Shown piece by piece: positions 10,447 to 19,636 of a stretch of 64,000 nucleotides of DNA. Within the stretch, counting starts at the first letter, position 1. The number at the start of each line of letters is the position of its first letter. The translations under genes were made by a program, and so were the position numbers. Below the pieces are notes generated by a model. It had not been told where the DNA came from, searched no databases, and saw only the letters and a list, made by a program, of their open reading frames with translations. Where the stretch lies: NCBI GenBank assembly GCA_964352715.1, contig CAYGSU010000004.1:56888-120887 (forward strand). The letters run 5' to 3'. The DNA is from an uncultured Flavobacteriaceae bacterium (GTDB lineage Bacteria; Pseudomonadota; Alphaproteobacteria; UBA8366; Aestuariispiraceae).

Positions 10447-11136
10447 ATGACATTGTTCAGGACCGGAATAGCTGTTTTGGCGGGCTTTTGCCTGTCTGCG
10501 GCGTGGCTGGAAAAACCGGCTGCGGCGGACGAATCGTCCCATGGCGGGGTCTATATGGGCCTGCGCGCTGTCGGGTCGGTTGCCGAAATGCAGGAAACCG
10601 CATTTACCGGTTTCGCAAACAGCATCATCAACAATGACGAAGACCTGACGGCCGCCGCCGCGGCCTATATCGGCTACCGTTTCGATGAGATTCCCCTGCG
10701 GCTGGACATTGAAGGCGGGCATCGCTTCCGCTTCGACTATGACGCCCGAAATGTCGCCGGCGCGACGGTGACCGGCTACGAGAACAATGTCGATACGACC
10801 TATGCACTGATGAATGTCGGGTGGGAAATCCGGCATTTCGGCGAATTCGTGCCGTATCTCGGCGCATCGGTGGGCTGGGCGCGGAACAATTCCGAAGTCG
10901 AACGCAATCTGCTGGGCACCGGCATTACAAGCACCGAAAACGCCGTCGATAACCTCGCTCTCGGGGCGATGGTGGGAATCGACTGGCATTTCGCCGAAAG
11001 CTGGGGCACCGGCATCGGCTATCGCTATATCAATCTGGGTGAAGTCGATACGGGGCCGCTGGCAGGCGGCGAAAGCTTTTCGACCGACGACTATGTTGCC
11101 CATGACGTGATGCTGTCGCTGGAATTTCGCTACTGA
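10447..11136 (+). CDS. outer-membrane beta-barrel protein (OmpW/OmpA-like porin family)
   Basis: Signal peptide MTLFRTGIAVLAGFCLSAAWLEKPAAA, alternating beta-strand pattern, and an aromatic C-terminal motif LSLEFRY. Confidence 0.75.
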   Translation: MTLFRTGIAVLAGFCLSAAWLEKPAAADESSHGGVYMGLRAVGSVAEMQETAFTGFANSIINNDEDLTAAAAAYIGYRFDEIPLRLDIEGGHRFRFDYDARNVAGATVTGYENNVDTTYALMNVGWEIRHFGEFVPYLGASVGWARNNSEVERNLLGTGITSTENAVDNLALGAMVGIDWHFAESWGTGIGYRYINLGEVDTGPLAGGESFSTDDYVAHDVMLSLEFRY

Positions 11137-11174
11137 TGATGATCGCGACCGGAACGAAGCGGTAGGTCTTTCCC

Positions 11175-12329
11175 ATGGCAATGACAGGGCCGATTTTCCG
11201 ATACAGGGAATTGAAACACAGCGGCGCCCTTCACGAGGATCCCATACAGGAACTGGCTGCGGAAAAGCTGCAGAGCCTGCATCACGCGCTTAACGGCTAC
11301 AAACACCAGACCGGGGCGGTCGGCTGGAAGGAACGGCTGGGCCTTTCCCGGCGCCGGGATGATCCGCCGCAGGGTTTGTACATGTATGGCGGCGTCGGGC
11401 GCGGCAAGTCGATGCTGATGGACCTGCTGTTCGAAACCAGCCCGATCGAGGCGAAGCGCCGGGTGCATTTTCATGAATTCATGATCGAGATCCACAGCAA
11501 GATCCACAAATGGCGTCAGGCGCAAAAGGACCGGGCGACCAAGGAAACCGATCCGCTGCCGAAAATCGCCGCCGAGGTTTCGGAAACGGCGACGGTACTC
11601 TGCTTCGATGAATTCCACGTCACCGATATCGCCGATGCGATGATTCTGGGCCGGCTGTTCGAGGCCTTGTTCGAACACGGGGTTGTCGTGGTTGCGACCT
11701 CCAACTGGGCGCCGGACGATCTCTACAAGGACGGGCTGCAGCGCGATCGTTTTCTGCCGTTCATCAATCTTCTGAAGCAACGTCTGGACGTTCTCCATCT
11801 GGATTCCGAAACCGATTACCGGATGATCCGCCTGAAGGGTTTTCAGGCATACCATTCGCCGCTCGGCGCGGACGCCACGAGGGAACTTGATCAGGCTTTT
11901 CAGGGTCTGACCGAAGGCGCGCGCGTCGAACCCGGCATCATTGAAGTGAAAGGGCGGACCCTGACCATCCCCGAAGCCGCGCGCGGGGTCGCCAAATGCA
12001 CCTTCGCCGATCTGTGCGCCAAGCCGCTCGGCGCGGAAGACTATCTCGCCATCGCATCACGCTACCACACGATGGTGCTGGACGGCGTGCCGAAGCTGAG
12101 CGCGGACAAACGCAACGAAGCCAAACGCTTCATGACGCTGATCGACGCGCTGTACGAAGCCAAGGTCAACCTCATCATGGCGGCCGACGCCGCGCCGCAC
12201 GAGCTGTACAGAGAAGGCAACCACGCCTTTGAATTCGAGCGGTCGGTGTCGCGGCTGATGGAAATGCAGTCCACCGAATACCGCGAGGAACCGCATCGCG
12301 GCGGGGAAGCTGCCGAATTCAAGAAATAG
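11175..12329 (+). CDS. zapE: cell division protein ZapE (AFG1-family ATPase)
   Basis: 384 aa. Walker A GGVGRGKSMLMD and Walker B-like VLCFDEFHV. Confidence 0.85.
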   Translation: MAMTGPIFRYRELKHSGALHEDPIQELAAEKLQSLHHALNGYKHQTGAVGWKERLGLSRRRDDPPQGLYMYGGVGRGKSMLMDLLFETSPIEAKRRVHFHEFMIEIHSKIHKWRQAQKDRATKETDPLPKIAAEVSETATVLCFDEFHVTDIADAMILGRLFEALFEHGVVVVATSNWAPDDLYKDGLQRDRFLPFINLLKQRLDVLHLDSETDYRMIRLKGFQAYHSPLGADATRELDQAFQGLTEGARVEPGIIEVKGRTLTIPEAARGVAKCTFADLCAKPLGAEDYLAIASRYHTMVLDGVPKLSADKRNEAKRFMTLIDALYEAKVNLIMAADAAPHELYREGNHAFEFERSVSRLMEMQSTEYREEPHRGGEAAEFKK

Positions 12330-12396
12330 CGATAACCGGCCTATCGAAAATATTTTACGAAACCGTGCGGTGTGCTAAGGAAGCGACCCTTACAGG

Positions 12397-12483
12397 GCCC
12401 CTGTGGCGGAATTGGTAGACGCGACAGATTCAAAATCTGTTATCCTTACGGGTGTGCGAGTTCGAGTCTCGCTGGGGGCACCA
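12397..12483 (+). tRNA. tRNA-Leu (anticodon CAA)
   Basis: GCCCCTGTGGCGGAATTGGTAGACGCGACAGATTCAAAATCTGTTATCCTTACGGGTGTGCGAGTTCGAGTCTCGCTGGGGGCACCA. Hand-folded as a class II tRNA with a long variable arm, T-loop TTCGAGT and encoded CCA. Confidence 0.9.
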
Positions 12484-12588
12484 TATTTTCCATATAGTTA
12501 GCGGTTTTGAGTCTCATGAGCGAAAAGCTTGATTGAGCCGTGTATGGCATATGTATGGCACGGTGTTTCTTCGTTAGGTCTAGTAGGT

Positions 12589-12850
12589 TTATAAGAGCTT
12601 TCCGGCTGCGTTATTCGTGAATAGTTCACCCGAACGAACGTAACGGGCCAGCATGGCATCTGACTGGTGACCAGTTTGCTGTCTAATGGCAATAGTGCTC
12701 ATGAGATGCTCCCTGTTTTTGGACCACCCAGCTGGATGATTTTCCGGGGTTATGGCTCATGCGGTTGAATGTCAGTATGAACCGGATAGCATGGCTACTG
12801 AAGGGTTGTTGCAGATTGCGCGGTGAGGGCGACCCACATTGCAGTGTCCA
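12589..12850 (-). pseudogene. tyrosine recombinase/integrase C-terminal relic (frameshifted and truncated)
   Basis: Own translation 12702->12589: MSTIAIRQQTGHQSDAMLARYVRSGELFTNNAAGKLL*, which resembles the integrase C-terminus GH-S--M---Y-R with the catalytic Tyr. An upstream fragment in another frame reads PFSSHAIR (HxLR-like box). No intact N-terminal domain is present. Confidence 0.5.
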
Positions 12851-13009
12851 GGCCGCCATCTTTTCGCTTGCTTTCGCAAGTATCAGGGACCAGTGCGCAT
12901 TCTGACGTTGCGGCTTGGCCGGGAAGATCGTGCTGCCAGGAACATTTCCCCGGGAACGCTGCTGCCTTCGTGTTCGATTTCTCTCACCGAGATTGCCCGT
13001 CAGGTATAC

Positions 13010-14326
13010 TTACCCCTCAAGATATCGTCTCCTCTCAGCATTGCTGACTTCCCGAGCAAGACTTTTGCTTTCAACCGTGCAAGTTTTTGCGAAGTGGTCG
13101 ACGAAAGTGTCGCCAAAGATACGGCGAGCATCGACACTGTTCTTTAAACGCTCAGCCGCATCCAGGAGATCGCGGGGGAAAGGTATGACCCCCTCTGCGA
13201 TGTCGTCTGGCCCCCCCGTTTCAGCCGGCGGTACGGCTTCCAATTCACGTTCAATGCCATCCAGGCCCGCTCCCAGCATTAAAGCAAGTGTTAGGTGGGG
13301 GTTGCAATCAGCCCCGGGGACTCGGAACTCAAGCCGAGCGCTGTCATTGTCTCCGGGAGATGAACGCACTGCGGTGGTGAATGTCCATTCTGCCCAGTTC
13401 AGCGATTTCGGAGCCCATGACCCAGGTGCGAAGCGCCGATATGCATTAACAGTGCTTGCACACATCGCAAAGGCATGCGGTACAATTTCAGACATGCCCG
13501 CGATAAAGTTCTTTGCCAGCGCATTGGTTGCACCCGATGGGTCCCGGAACAGATTTTGCCCTGTTCCTGCGTCAACTAGGGATAAATTGATATGTCCCCC
13601 TATTCCGGAATAGCCCGCACCAAGCAGAGGCATGAAGCTTGCCATCATCCCGCATCGACGCGCATAGGCGCGCGTTGCCAGACGGCAAAAGGCGGCGTCA
13701 TCTGCTGAGCGAATTCCGGGCGTCTTGCCAAGCGTTATTTCGAAGCAGCCAGGACCCAACTCTCCCGCAACAGCGAATAGCGCTATATCCATATCAAGGA
13801 TGGCTCGCTCCAGCCCGGTTACAAATTCAGATTGCTCTGCTGCGGTTTGGCCGGACCAGCATTTGTTTTCAGGCACAAACTGCGCTGGTTCCTTAAAATT
13901 GGATGCCCGCATGCTCTCGGGTGTTTCTGTCAGAACTATGGTCTCGAACTCGAAAGCCGATTCCACTTTGAAGCCCATCTTTGCCGCTCGGTCGACTTGA
14001 GCTTTGAGGATACGGCGAGGCATCAGATCCCCCGAGGCGCCAATGTAGTCAGCAATGACTGCTGCAGCGTTCTCCTCAAATCCGTATTTGCGCAGTGAAT
14101 CTCCGTCAACCTCAACTTCTTCACTCAGATACGGCCCATCCCCAAACAGAACTTCGCCCGCATCCCAGTATGGCAAGACATTGGGGAACCTGGGAGCTGC
14201 AGCCCATGCTGCGAACTGATCGAGACGCAATCGTCGTTCACGAAAGGCGCCGGCATAATCGAATTGCCCGACATGAACAGTCTCGACTTTTGCGTCCTTG
14301 AGGGTCTGGGTGATATTGGAATTCAT
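13010..14326 (-). CDS. glutamine synthetase-family ligase (GmaS/PuuA-like gamma-glutamyl-amine synthetase candidate)
   Basis: Start ATG 14326 with GGAGGT 8 nt upstream. GS catalytic-domain motifs YSGIGGHINLSL and RLEFRVPGADCNPHLTLALMLGAGLDGI. Confidence 0.75.
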   Translation of the reverse strand: MNSNITQTLKDAKVETVHVGQFDYAGAFRERRLRLDQFAAWAAAPRFPNVLPYWDAGEVLFGDGPYLSEEVEVDGDSLRKYGFEENAAAVIADYIGASGDLMPRRILKAQVDRAAKMGFKVESAFEFETIVLTETPESMRASNFKEPAQFVPENKCWSGQTAAEQSEFVTGLERAILDMDIALFAVAGELGPGCFEITLGKTPGIRSADDAAFCRLATRAYARRCGMMASFMPLLGAGYSGIGGHINLSLVDAGTGQNLFRDPSGATNALAKNFIAGMSEIVPHAFAMCASTVNAYRRFAPGSWAPKSLNWAEWTFTTAVRSSPGDNDSARLEFRVPGADCNPHLTLALMLGAGLDGIERELEAVPPAETGGPDDIAEGVIPFPRDLLDAAERLKNSVDARRIFGDTFVDHFAKTCTVESKSLAREVSNAERRRYLEG

Positions 14327-14570
14327 TACTGTCTTTACCTCCGAAGCAGATACCAATAGAGACAACTTGTAGTATGGCGGTGCGAGCAATCGCCCGGATC
14401 GAGTCGAACCTTCCCGTCGAGGCCGTCACTACGTTTTTGCGTGAATGTGCAGGTTGATACATAGGCCGGCGAAAACTCTTCTCATGAACGGGAGTATAAT
14501 GCGCCCTAGTCAGAACATACGACGCTGTAGCTGCCTCATTCACAACCCGGACCTTATCGCCTTCCAAACG

Positions 14571-15710
14571 CTATCTCTGCTCCGCAGGGGTAGCCTCCTC
14601 CAAGATTGAGCGAACGTTCGTCTTTACCCTTTCACCTTTCGGATCGTAGAAGCGGTAACTTTTCGCAACGTGAAGATCGACCAAACCGTTTTCGGATTCG
14701 ATATGCAGCAATGTACCCTCATCGGCGAAGTCTACTTTGACCCAGCCGCGGCCGAGGTTTCGCTTCAACACGGGGCTGTTCCATCCAATAGTCGTTTCAC
14801 CGACCTGCTCGCCGTTGTGGAGGATCTTCTGACCCGCTGACAATGCTGTTTCGGCGTTTCTTACTTCGAAACCGACGAGTTTGGTTCTAAGACCGGCTTC
14901 TCTCCGCCTAAGCATTTCATCGCGGCCGAAGAAATCTCCCTTGTCGAAAGCGACGGACCAGCCTAAGCCGTATTCGAGCGGCGTGCCGCCGCTATAGAAA
15001 TCATCGCCAAACAAAAGGCCCGTATCCGTAGAGATGGGAAAAGCCGTCATTAATCCGTACGGACCGCCTCCGTACTCGGCGCAATGATTCGTGAACAAGT
15101 CCCACATTCCCTGCGAGAATTCCGGGGCGAAATGAACTTCATACCCCAGTTCTCCGGAGAACCCGACCCTGGCGATGATAACCGGTACTCCGGCAAGATC
15201 AGCATGGATCAGTCGGTTCCGTCCTAGATCAGCGATATCGACGACCTTCTGAAGAACATGCGCCGACTTGGGCCCCTGTATCGATAGAAATGTATTCGAC
15301 AGGTCCGTGATCCAGGCACTCAGACCTTCAGATTTTTCAAGTAGCCAGTTCCTGCAAGCAACTCTGGCAATGCCGCCATGAATAATGAATCGGTCTTCCG
15401 CCAACCAGAAAACAATGACATCATCTATCAGTTTTGCATGGCTATCCAGAATGCTGGAATAGATCGTGGCACCAGGCGTGATCTTGTTGAGATCCGCTAC
15501 AAGGACGCTTTGGAGGAGCTTGAAAGCGTCGGATCCGCAAACGCCGAAACATCCCTGGAAATGATATTCTGAGAATCCAACCCGCTCGCGAATCATCAAG
15601 TATTCGTTGTCAGTGGAGTCGATGCCCCCTGCGACTTGCCAACCACGAACATCAATAAATCGAGCACCCAATTGCGCATAAATGTGATGGAAGGGGGTTC
15701 TCATTTCCAT
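14571..15710 (-). CDS. GcvT-family aminomethyltransferase-like protein (stand-alone, folate-dependent demethylase candidate)
   Basis: 379 aa. It has the GcvT signature-like RVGFSGELGYEVHF (compare E. coli GcvT TGYTGEAGYE) and a C-terminal barrel domain. Confidence 0.8.
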   Translation of the reverse strand: MEMRTPFHHIYAQLGARFIDVRGWQVAGGIDSTDNEYLMIRERVGFSEYHFQGCFGVCGSDAFKLLQSVLVADLNKITPGATIYSSILDSHAKLIDDVIVFWLAEDRFIIHGGIARVACRNWLLEKSEGLSAWITDLSNTFLSIQGPKSAHVLQKVVDIADLGRNRLIHADLAGVPVIIARVGFSGELGYEVHFAPEFSQGMWDLFTNHCAEYGGGPYGLMTAFPISTDTGLLFGDDFYSGGTPLEYGLGWSVAFDKGDFFGRDEMLRRREAGLRTKLVGFEVRNAETALSAGQKILHNGEQVGETTIGWNSPVLKRNLGRGWVKVDFADEGTLLHIESENGLVDLHVAKSYRFYDPKGERVKTNVRSILEEATPAEQR

Positions 15711-15828
15711 AGATCTGCTCCGTTGGTTTCACTACGGGGTTTCTTCATCACGCAATCGTCCTGGGGTGCTTTCGTTTGCGTATTGTGGATGTGCGTTTTC
15801 TTGGGCGGTCAAGTTAATGCCAAGAATC

Positions 15829-15844
15829 AGCAAAAGCCGTGCCA
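15829..15844 (-). promoter_or_regulatory. sigma54 (-24/-12) promoter for the GcvT-like/GS-like operon
   Basis: The minus strand reads TGGCACGGCTTTTGCT, with exactly 10 nt between GG and GC. It lies about 120 nt upstream of ATG 15710. Confidence 0.8.
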
Positions 15845-15953
15845 GATAAGCGGGTTCAGCTAGTGCCTTGTTTTTGAATGCATATAGATGATGGCGATGA
15901 AGGTACGGTGATAAAGCGGCGGGCCTACAAGGCATAAGTGCGGTGTCGCCAAT

Positions 15954-15965
15954 TGCAAATTTGCA
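15954..15965. promoter_or_regulatory. 12-bp perfect palindrome TGCAAATTTGCA, candidate enhancer (UAS) for the island EBP
   Basis: It lies about 110-120 bp upstream of the 15829-15844 promoter. Its core GCAAATTTGC recurs upstream of the tdm-like promoter (23372-23381). Confidence 0.6.
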
Positions 15966-16323
15966 CAGTCAGTTCACACCGGAACCGTGGATCGTGTTAT
16001 TGAAGCTCCCAATGAAGCTATTCTCCCACGGTCTGCCGGGGTCGACACAGAGGGCCTCCCCCGATGCCGCGGTTTATGTCCGTTGCGGTGAACCGGCCGG
16101 ATATCTTATTGGTATGCTGAAAATTGCAGGCCGGACGCCTGTCCAAGGCCGCTCGCAACACCGAACGATCCCGTAGCCAACACCGACCACTGCAAGGCTG
16201 TCTGCAAGCCCGGCCAGAACGCTGCCGACCCCCGGCAAGAGGCAGACGATCGCCAGCAGCTGGCAGAACCGGGCGCCCAGACTTCAGGTTACTTCGTTTC
16301 AGAAAGCACCATGGCCATGGCGT

Positions 16324-18384
16324 TCACTTCAGCCCCAAAGCCGCCTTACGCCTGTTCGCCCAGGTCCGGATGATCTGATCTGCGGTAAGTGAGATAAAGG
16401 CGACGCAGAGGCCGAGCGTGATCCCTGTGCCCGTACCCTGCGGTTCGGCAATCGCCTTCAAGATGAGCTGGCCGAGATCGATGGTGCCGATAAACGCGCC
16501 GATGATCACCATCATGAGGGCGAAGTTCACCGTCTGATTGACACCCAGCATGATATGGGGGAATGCGATTGGCAGATCGATCGAAACCAGTCGTTGCCAG
16601 CGCGAAACGCCGCACATCGATCCGGCATCCTGCAGAACAGGTGGCACACTCCTGAGTCCTTCAACGGTGAAGCGTATCGCAGGGACGATTGCATAAACCA
16701 GCGACGCGATCAGCACGGAGGTGTCGGTGATGCCGAACAGCATCATTACCGGGATAAGGTAGATGAACGAGGGGAACGTCTGAAAGAAGTCACACAGAAG
16801 CAGAACGCCTTTGCTGGCATTCGAACTTTGCGCGCAGATCGCCCCAATCACGAAGCCGAGGACTCCGGAGACGATAACCGCGAACGTGGCCATGTACATG
16901 GTAATCAGCGCACGATCCCAGTATTCGGAAAGCGCGATGAACAGAAGAAACCCGCCGACGATCAACGCCGAACGCAGCCCGGCGAGAATATAAGCCACCC
17001 CCATGACAAGGACAAAGGTCGCGACGACCGGCATTGCGAGATAGGAATCGCGCATCGGCACCAGGACGCTGACAATCAGCCATTCGTTGAATGCCTTCAG
17101 CGCGAAGAAAAAGGTATCCCAGATCCAGTCGACACCGGCCTGCCAGAACGGCGCCGTCGTCAGCCCCTTGTTTTGTGGTACGATGTAAAAGTAGTTGAAT
17201 CCTTCCTCGAAGATGAAGGAGCCGATATAGGCAAGTACCGTGCCGGCTGCAAATATCGCCAGACAGATAATCAGCGGGCGATGACGCTCGGCAAATGAAA
17301 GATCGGCAAAGTAGTCGGTCGGCTTGTTCGCCCAGGCGAGCGACATCTTGTCGAACAACACGGCGATCAGCACGATGCAGATGCCGATCTCGAGGCCGGT
17401 GCCGATCTTCAGCGAATTCAGCGCGATCAACAGGTTGGAGCCCAGTCCCTGGGCGCCGATGAACGACGCGATGACGGTCATTGACAGACACTGCATGACG
17501 GCCTGATTGACACCGATCAGAACGTCGCGCTTGGCCGTTGGAATAAGTACCCGGAACAGCATTTGAAACTCGTTGCAGCCGCTCATCTTGCCGGCGTCGA
17601 CGACGTCGTCCGGAACGTTCTTGAGCCCAAGCAACGTCAACCGCACCATCGACGGCGTGGCAAAGAGGATCGTCACCAGGACTGCGGCATGGTCGCCAAC
17701 GCCAAACAGCACAATGATCGGCACCAGATACGAATAGTGCGGCATCGTCTGCGCGACATTGAGCAGTGGGTTGATGATCCATTCCGCGATCAATCCCTTG
17801 TAGGCCAGCACGCCAACCGTCAGCCCGAGGAAAACCGAGACAGGCCCGGCAATCAGAATAAAAGACAGCGTCTGCATCGATGGCGACCATTGCCCGAATA
17901 CGGCGATGTAAAGACTGGCGATGCAGGCGAGGATCGCCAGACCCCAGCCCTGAAGCCTGTAGCCAAGAACCATCGCCCAGCCGGTAACAACCGTCCAGGG
18001 CAATGCAGGCCAATGAGCCCACGGATTGTCGCGGATGAAATCCCAGCTTGTGATGGCGGCGATGGTCTTTTGTCCGCCCAGAATGAGCTCGCGGACCGCA
18101 TCGATAATAAACAGGAAGATGCCGGCAATTCCTCGGGAAATCTCGCGGAACAAGGGTTTCTGCTCATACTCCTCGATTGTCGGGTCGTAGACCTCGATCG
18201 GCAACCACTCGAACATCAAGCCGCGCACGAAATCGTTTATCAGACCCGGAATGCTCTTCAGCAGCGGGGGCAACCGCCAAAGATAGTTGTCATCTGCAGG
18301 TTGGATAAAGGCGCATAGCAAGACAAACACGACCAATAGGATCGCGAACTGCATCAGTTTCAAATATAGCGATGACTGCGGCAT
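16324..18384 (-). CDS. tmoV: fused double-domain ABC permease of the glycine betaine/choline family (TmoV-like)
   Basis: About 686 aa and highly hydrophobic, with two tandem permease halves. The likely start is ATG 18384; the track start at 18429 is TTG. Confidence 0.7.
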   Translation of the reverse strand: MPQSSLYLKLMQFAILLVVFVLLCAFIQPADDNYLWRLPPLLKSIPGLINDFVRGLMFEWLPIEVYDPTIEEYEQKPLFREISRGIAGIFLFIIDAVRELILGGQKTIAAITSWDFIRDNPWAHWPALPWTVVTGWAMVLGYRLQGWGLAILACIASLYIAVFGQWSPSMQTLSFILIAGPVSVFLGLTVGVLAYKGLIAEWIINPLLNVAQTMPHYSYLVPIIVLFGVGDHAAVLVTILFATPSMVRLTLLGLKNVPDDVVDAGKMSGCNEFQMLFRVLIPTAKRDVLIGVNQAVMQCLSMTVIASFIGAQGLGSNLLIALNSLKIGTGLEIGICIVLIAVLFDKMSLAWANKPTDYFADLSFAERHRPLIICLAIFAAGTVLAYIGSFIFEEGFNYFYIVPQNKGLTTAPFWQAGVDWIWDTFFFALKAFNEWLIVSVLVPMRDSYLAMPVVATFVLVMGVAYILAGLRSALIVGGFLLFIALSEYWDRALITMYMATFAVIVSGVLGFVIGAICAQSSNASKGVLLLCDFFQTFPSFIYLIPVMMLFGITDTSVLIASLVYAIVPAIRFTVEGLRSVPPVLQDAGSMCGVSRWQRLVSIDLPIAFPHIMLGVNQTVNFALMMVIIGAFIGTIDLGQLILKAIAEPQGTGTGITLGLCVAFISLTADQIIRTWANRRKAALGLK

Positions 18385-18406
18385 GGTCGCCGTACCTGCT
18401 TCGTTG

Positions 18407-19465
18407 TTACGCGTTAACGCTCCGGCCAAACAGAACCTTGATTACATGCGAGGCGTGCAGACTGCCGACGAGATTGTTGTTCTCATCGACGACGCCGACC
18501 GCCTTATCCGCACCAAGGATCTGTTCCGCGACGGTTTCAATGATGGCATCCCTGGAAACTCTTATCTCGCTAAGTTCTTCGGACGGATTCAAGGCGTCCA
18601 TAACCGATTCGATCCTGAGTACCTTTTCCCGTGGCACATCCTGGGTGAATTTTCGGACGTATTCGGTTGCAGGATTCAGAACGATTTTCGACGGCGTATC
18701 GAGCTGTTCGATTATCCCGTCCTTCATGATCGCGATGCGGTCGGCGAGACGCAAAGCTTCGTCGAAATCGTGGGTGACAAACAGGATCGTTTTCCTGAGC
18801 GTCGCCTGAAGCCGCATGAACTCATCCTGCATCTCCTTGCGGATCAGAGGGTCGAGGGCTGAAAACGGCTCGTCAAGGAACCAGATGTCGGGTTCGACGG
18901 CGAGCGACCGGGCTATGCCGACCCGCTGCTGCTGTCCGCCTGAAAGTTCGCGTGGGAAGTAGTTTTCGCGGCCCTGAAGACCAACGAGCTGAGCCATTTG
19001 CCGCGCCCGTTCGACGCTTTCCTTGGTCGTCAGGCCCTTGACCTGCAGTGGAAACGCAATGTTCTCCAGAACCGTCTTGTGCGGCAGCAAGCCGAAGTTC
19101 TGAAAAACCATACCCATCTTGCTGCGCCGGATATCAATGAGTTGCTTGCCGGTCATCGCCGTAAGGTCATGGCCTTCAATGAAGATCTTGCCGCCGGTCG
19201 GGTCGGTCAAGCGCGTGATGCAGCGCAACAGGGTAGATTTGCCGGAGCCCGAAAGCCCCATGATGACCAGAATCTCTCCGGAATGGACATCGAACGTTAC
19301 GTTGTTTACGCCGACGATGCACCCGGCGCCCTTCGCGGTGTCAACATCGATGAAGCCGCTACTTCTTCCAAGCAGGCTCTCGGCGTTCTTGCCAAAAATC
19401 TTGTAGACAGCCTCGCACCTGATGACGGGCTGTTTCCCTTCTGATGAAATCTTCTGAGAAGACAT
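18407..19465 (-). CDS. tmoW: ABC transporter ATPase of the ProV/OpuAA type with a C-terminal CBS-like region (TmoW-like)
   Basis: Walker A GLSGSGKST, signature LSGGQQQRVGIAR and Walker B IWFLDEPFSALD. Confidence 0.8.
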   Translation of the reverse strand: MSSQKISSEGKQPVIRCEAVYKIFGKNAESLLGRSSGFIDVDTAKGAGCIVGVNNVTFDVHSGEILVIMGLSGSGKSTLLRCITRLTDPTGGKIFIEGHDLTAMTGKQLIDIRRSKMGMVFQNFGLLPHKTVLENIAFPLQVKGLTTKESVERARQMAQLVGLQGRENYFPRELSGGQQQRVGIARSLAVEPDIWFLDEPFSALDPLIRKEMQDEFMRLQATLRKTILFVTHDFDEALRLADRIAIMKDGIIEQLDTPSKIVLNPATEYVRKFTQDVPREKVLRIESVMDALNPSEELSEIRVSRDAIIETVAEQILGADKAVGVVDENNNLVGSLHASHVIKVLFGRSVNA

Positions 19466-19585
19466 GGCGTGCCCCCGATCAAAATCCCGTTCTAGGCGAC
19501 CGGTTAACGGTCAGGCTCGCATTGCGAGAAATCCGAGTCAATGTTCGACTTCCGGGTCAAACGAAATCCGATCCGAAAAGAAGAG

Positions 19586-19615
19586 CGGTTCCCCTCAAAA
19601 TCTTGAGGGGAACCG
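19586..19615 (-). terminator. intra-operon hairpin after the binding-protein gene (attenuator or mRNA stabiliser)
   Basis: Perfect 13-bp stem CGGTTCCCCTCAA / TTGAGGGGAACCG with a 4-nt loop. On the minus strand it is followed by CTCTTCTTTTCGG. Confidence 0.5.
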
Positions 19616-19636
19616 GGGTTGAATTCGACAGATGGC

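Noticed and set aside
16141-16300. Minus-strand frame encoding a hydrophobic stretch (FCQLLAIVCLLPGVGSVLAGLADSLAVVGVGYGIV)
   Set aside because: No ATG or GTG with an SD sits at a sensible position after the upstream in-frame TGA. It cannot be supported as a gene from sequence alone.
16790-18022. 410-aa alternative-frame minus ORF and several plus-strand ORFs inside the permease gene
   Set aside because: They overlap the long hydrophobic permease frame and have Arg-rich, low-complexity composition.
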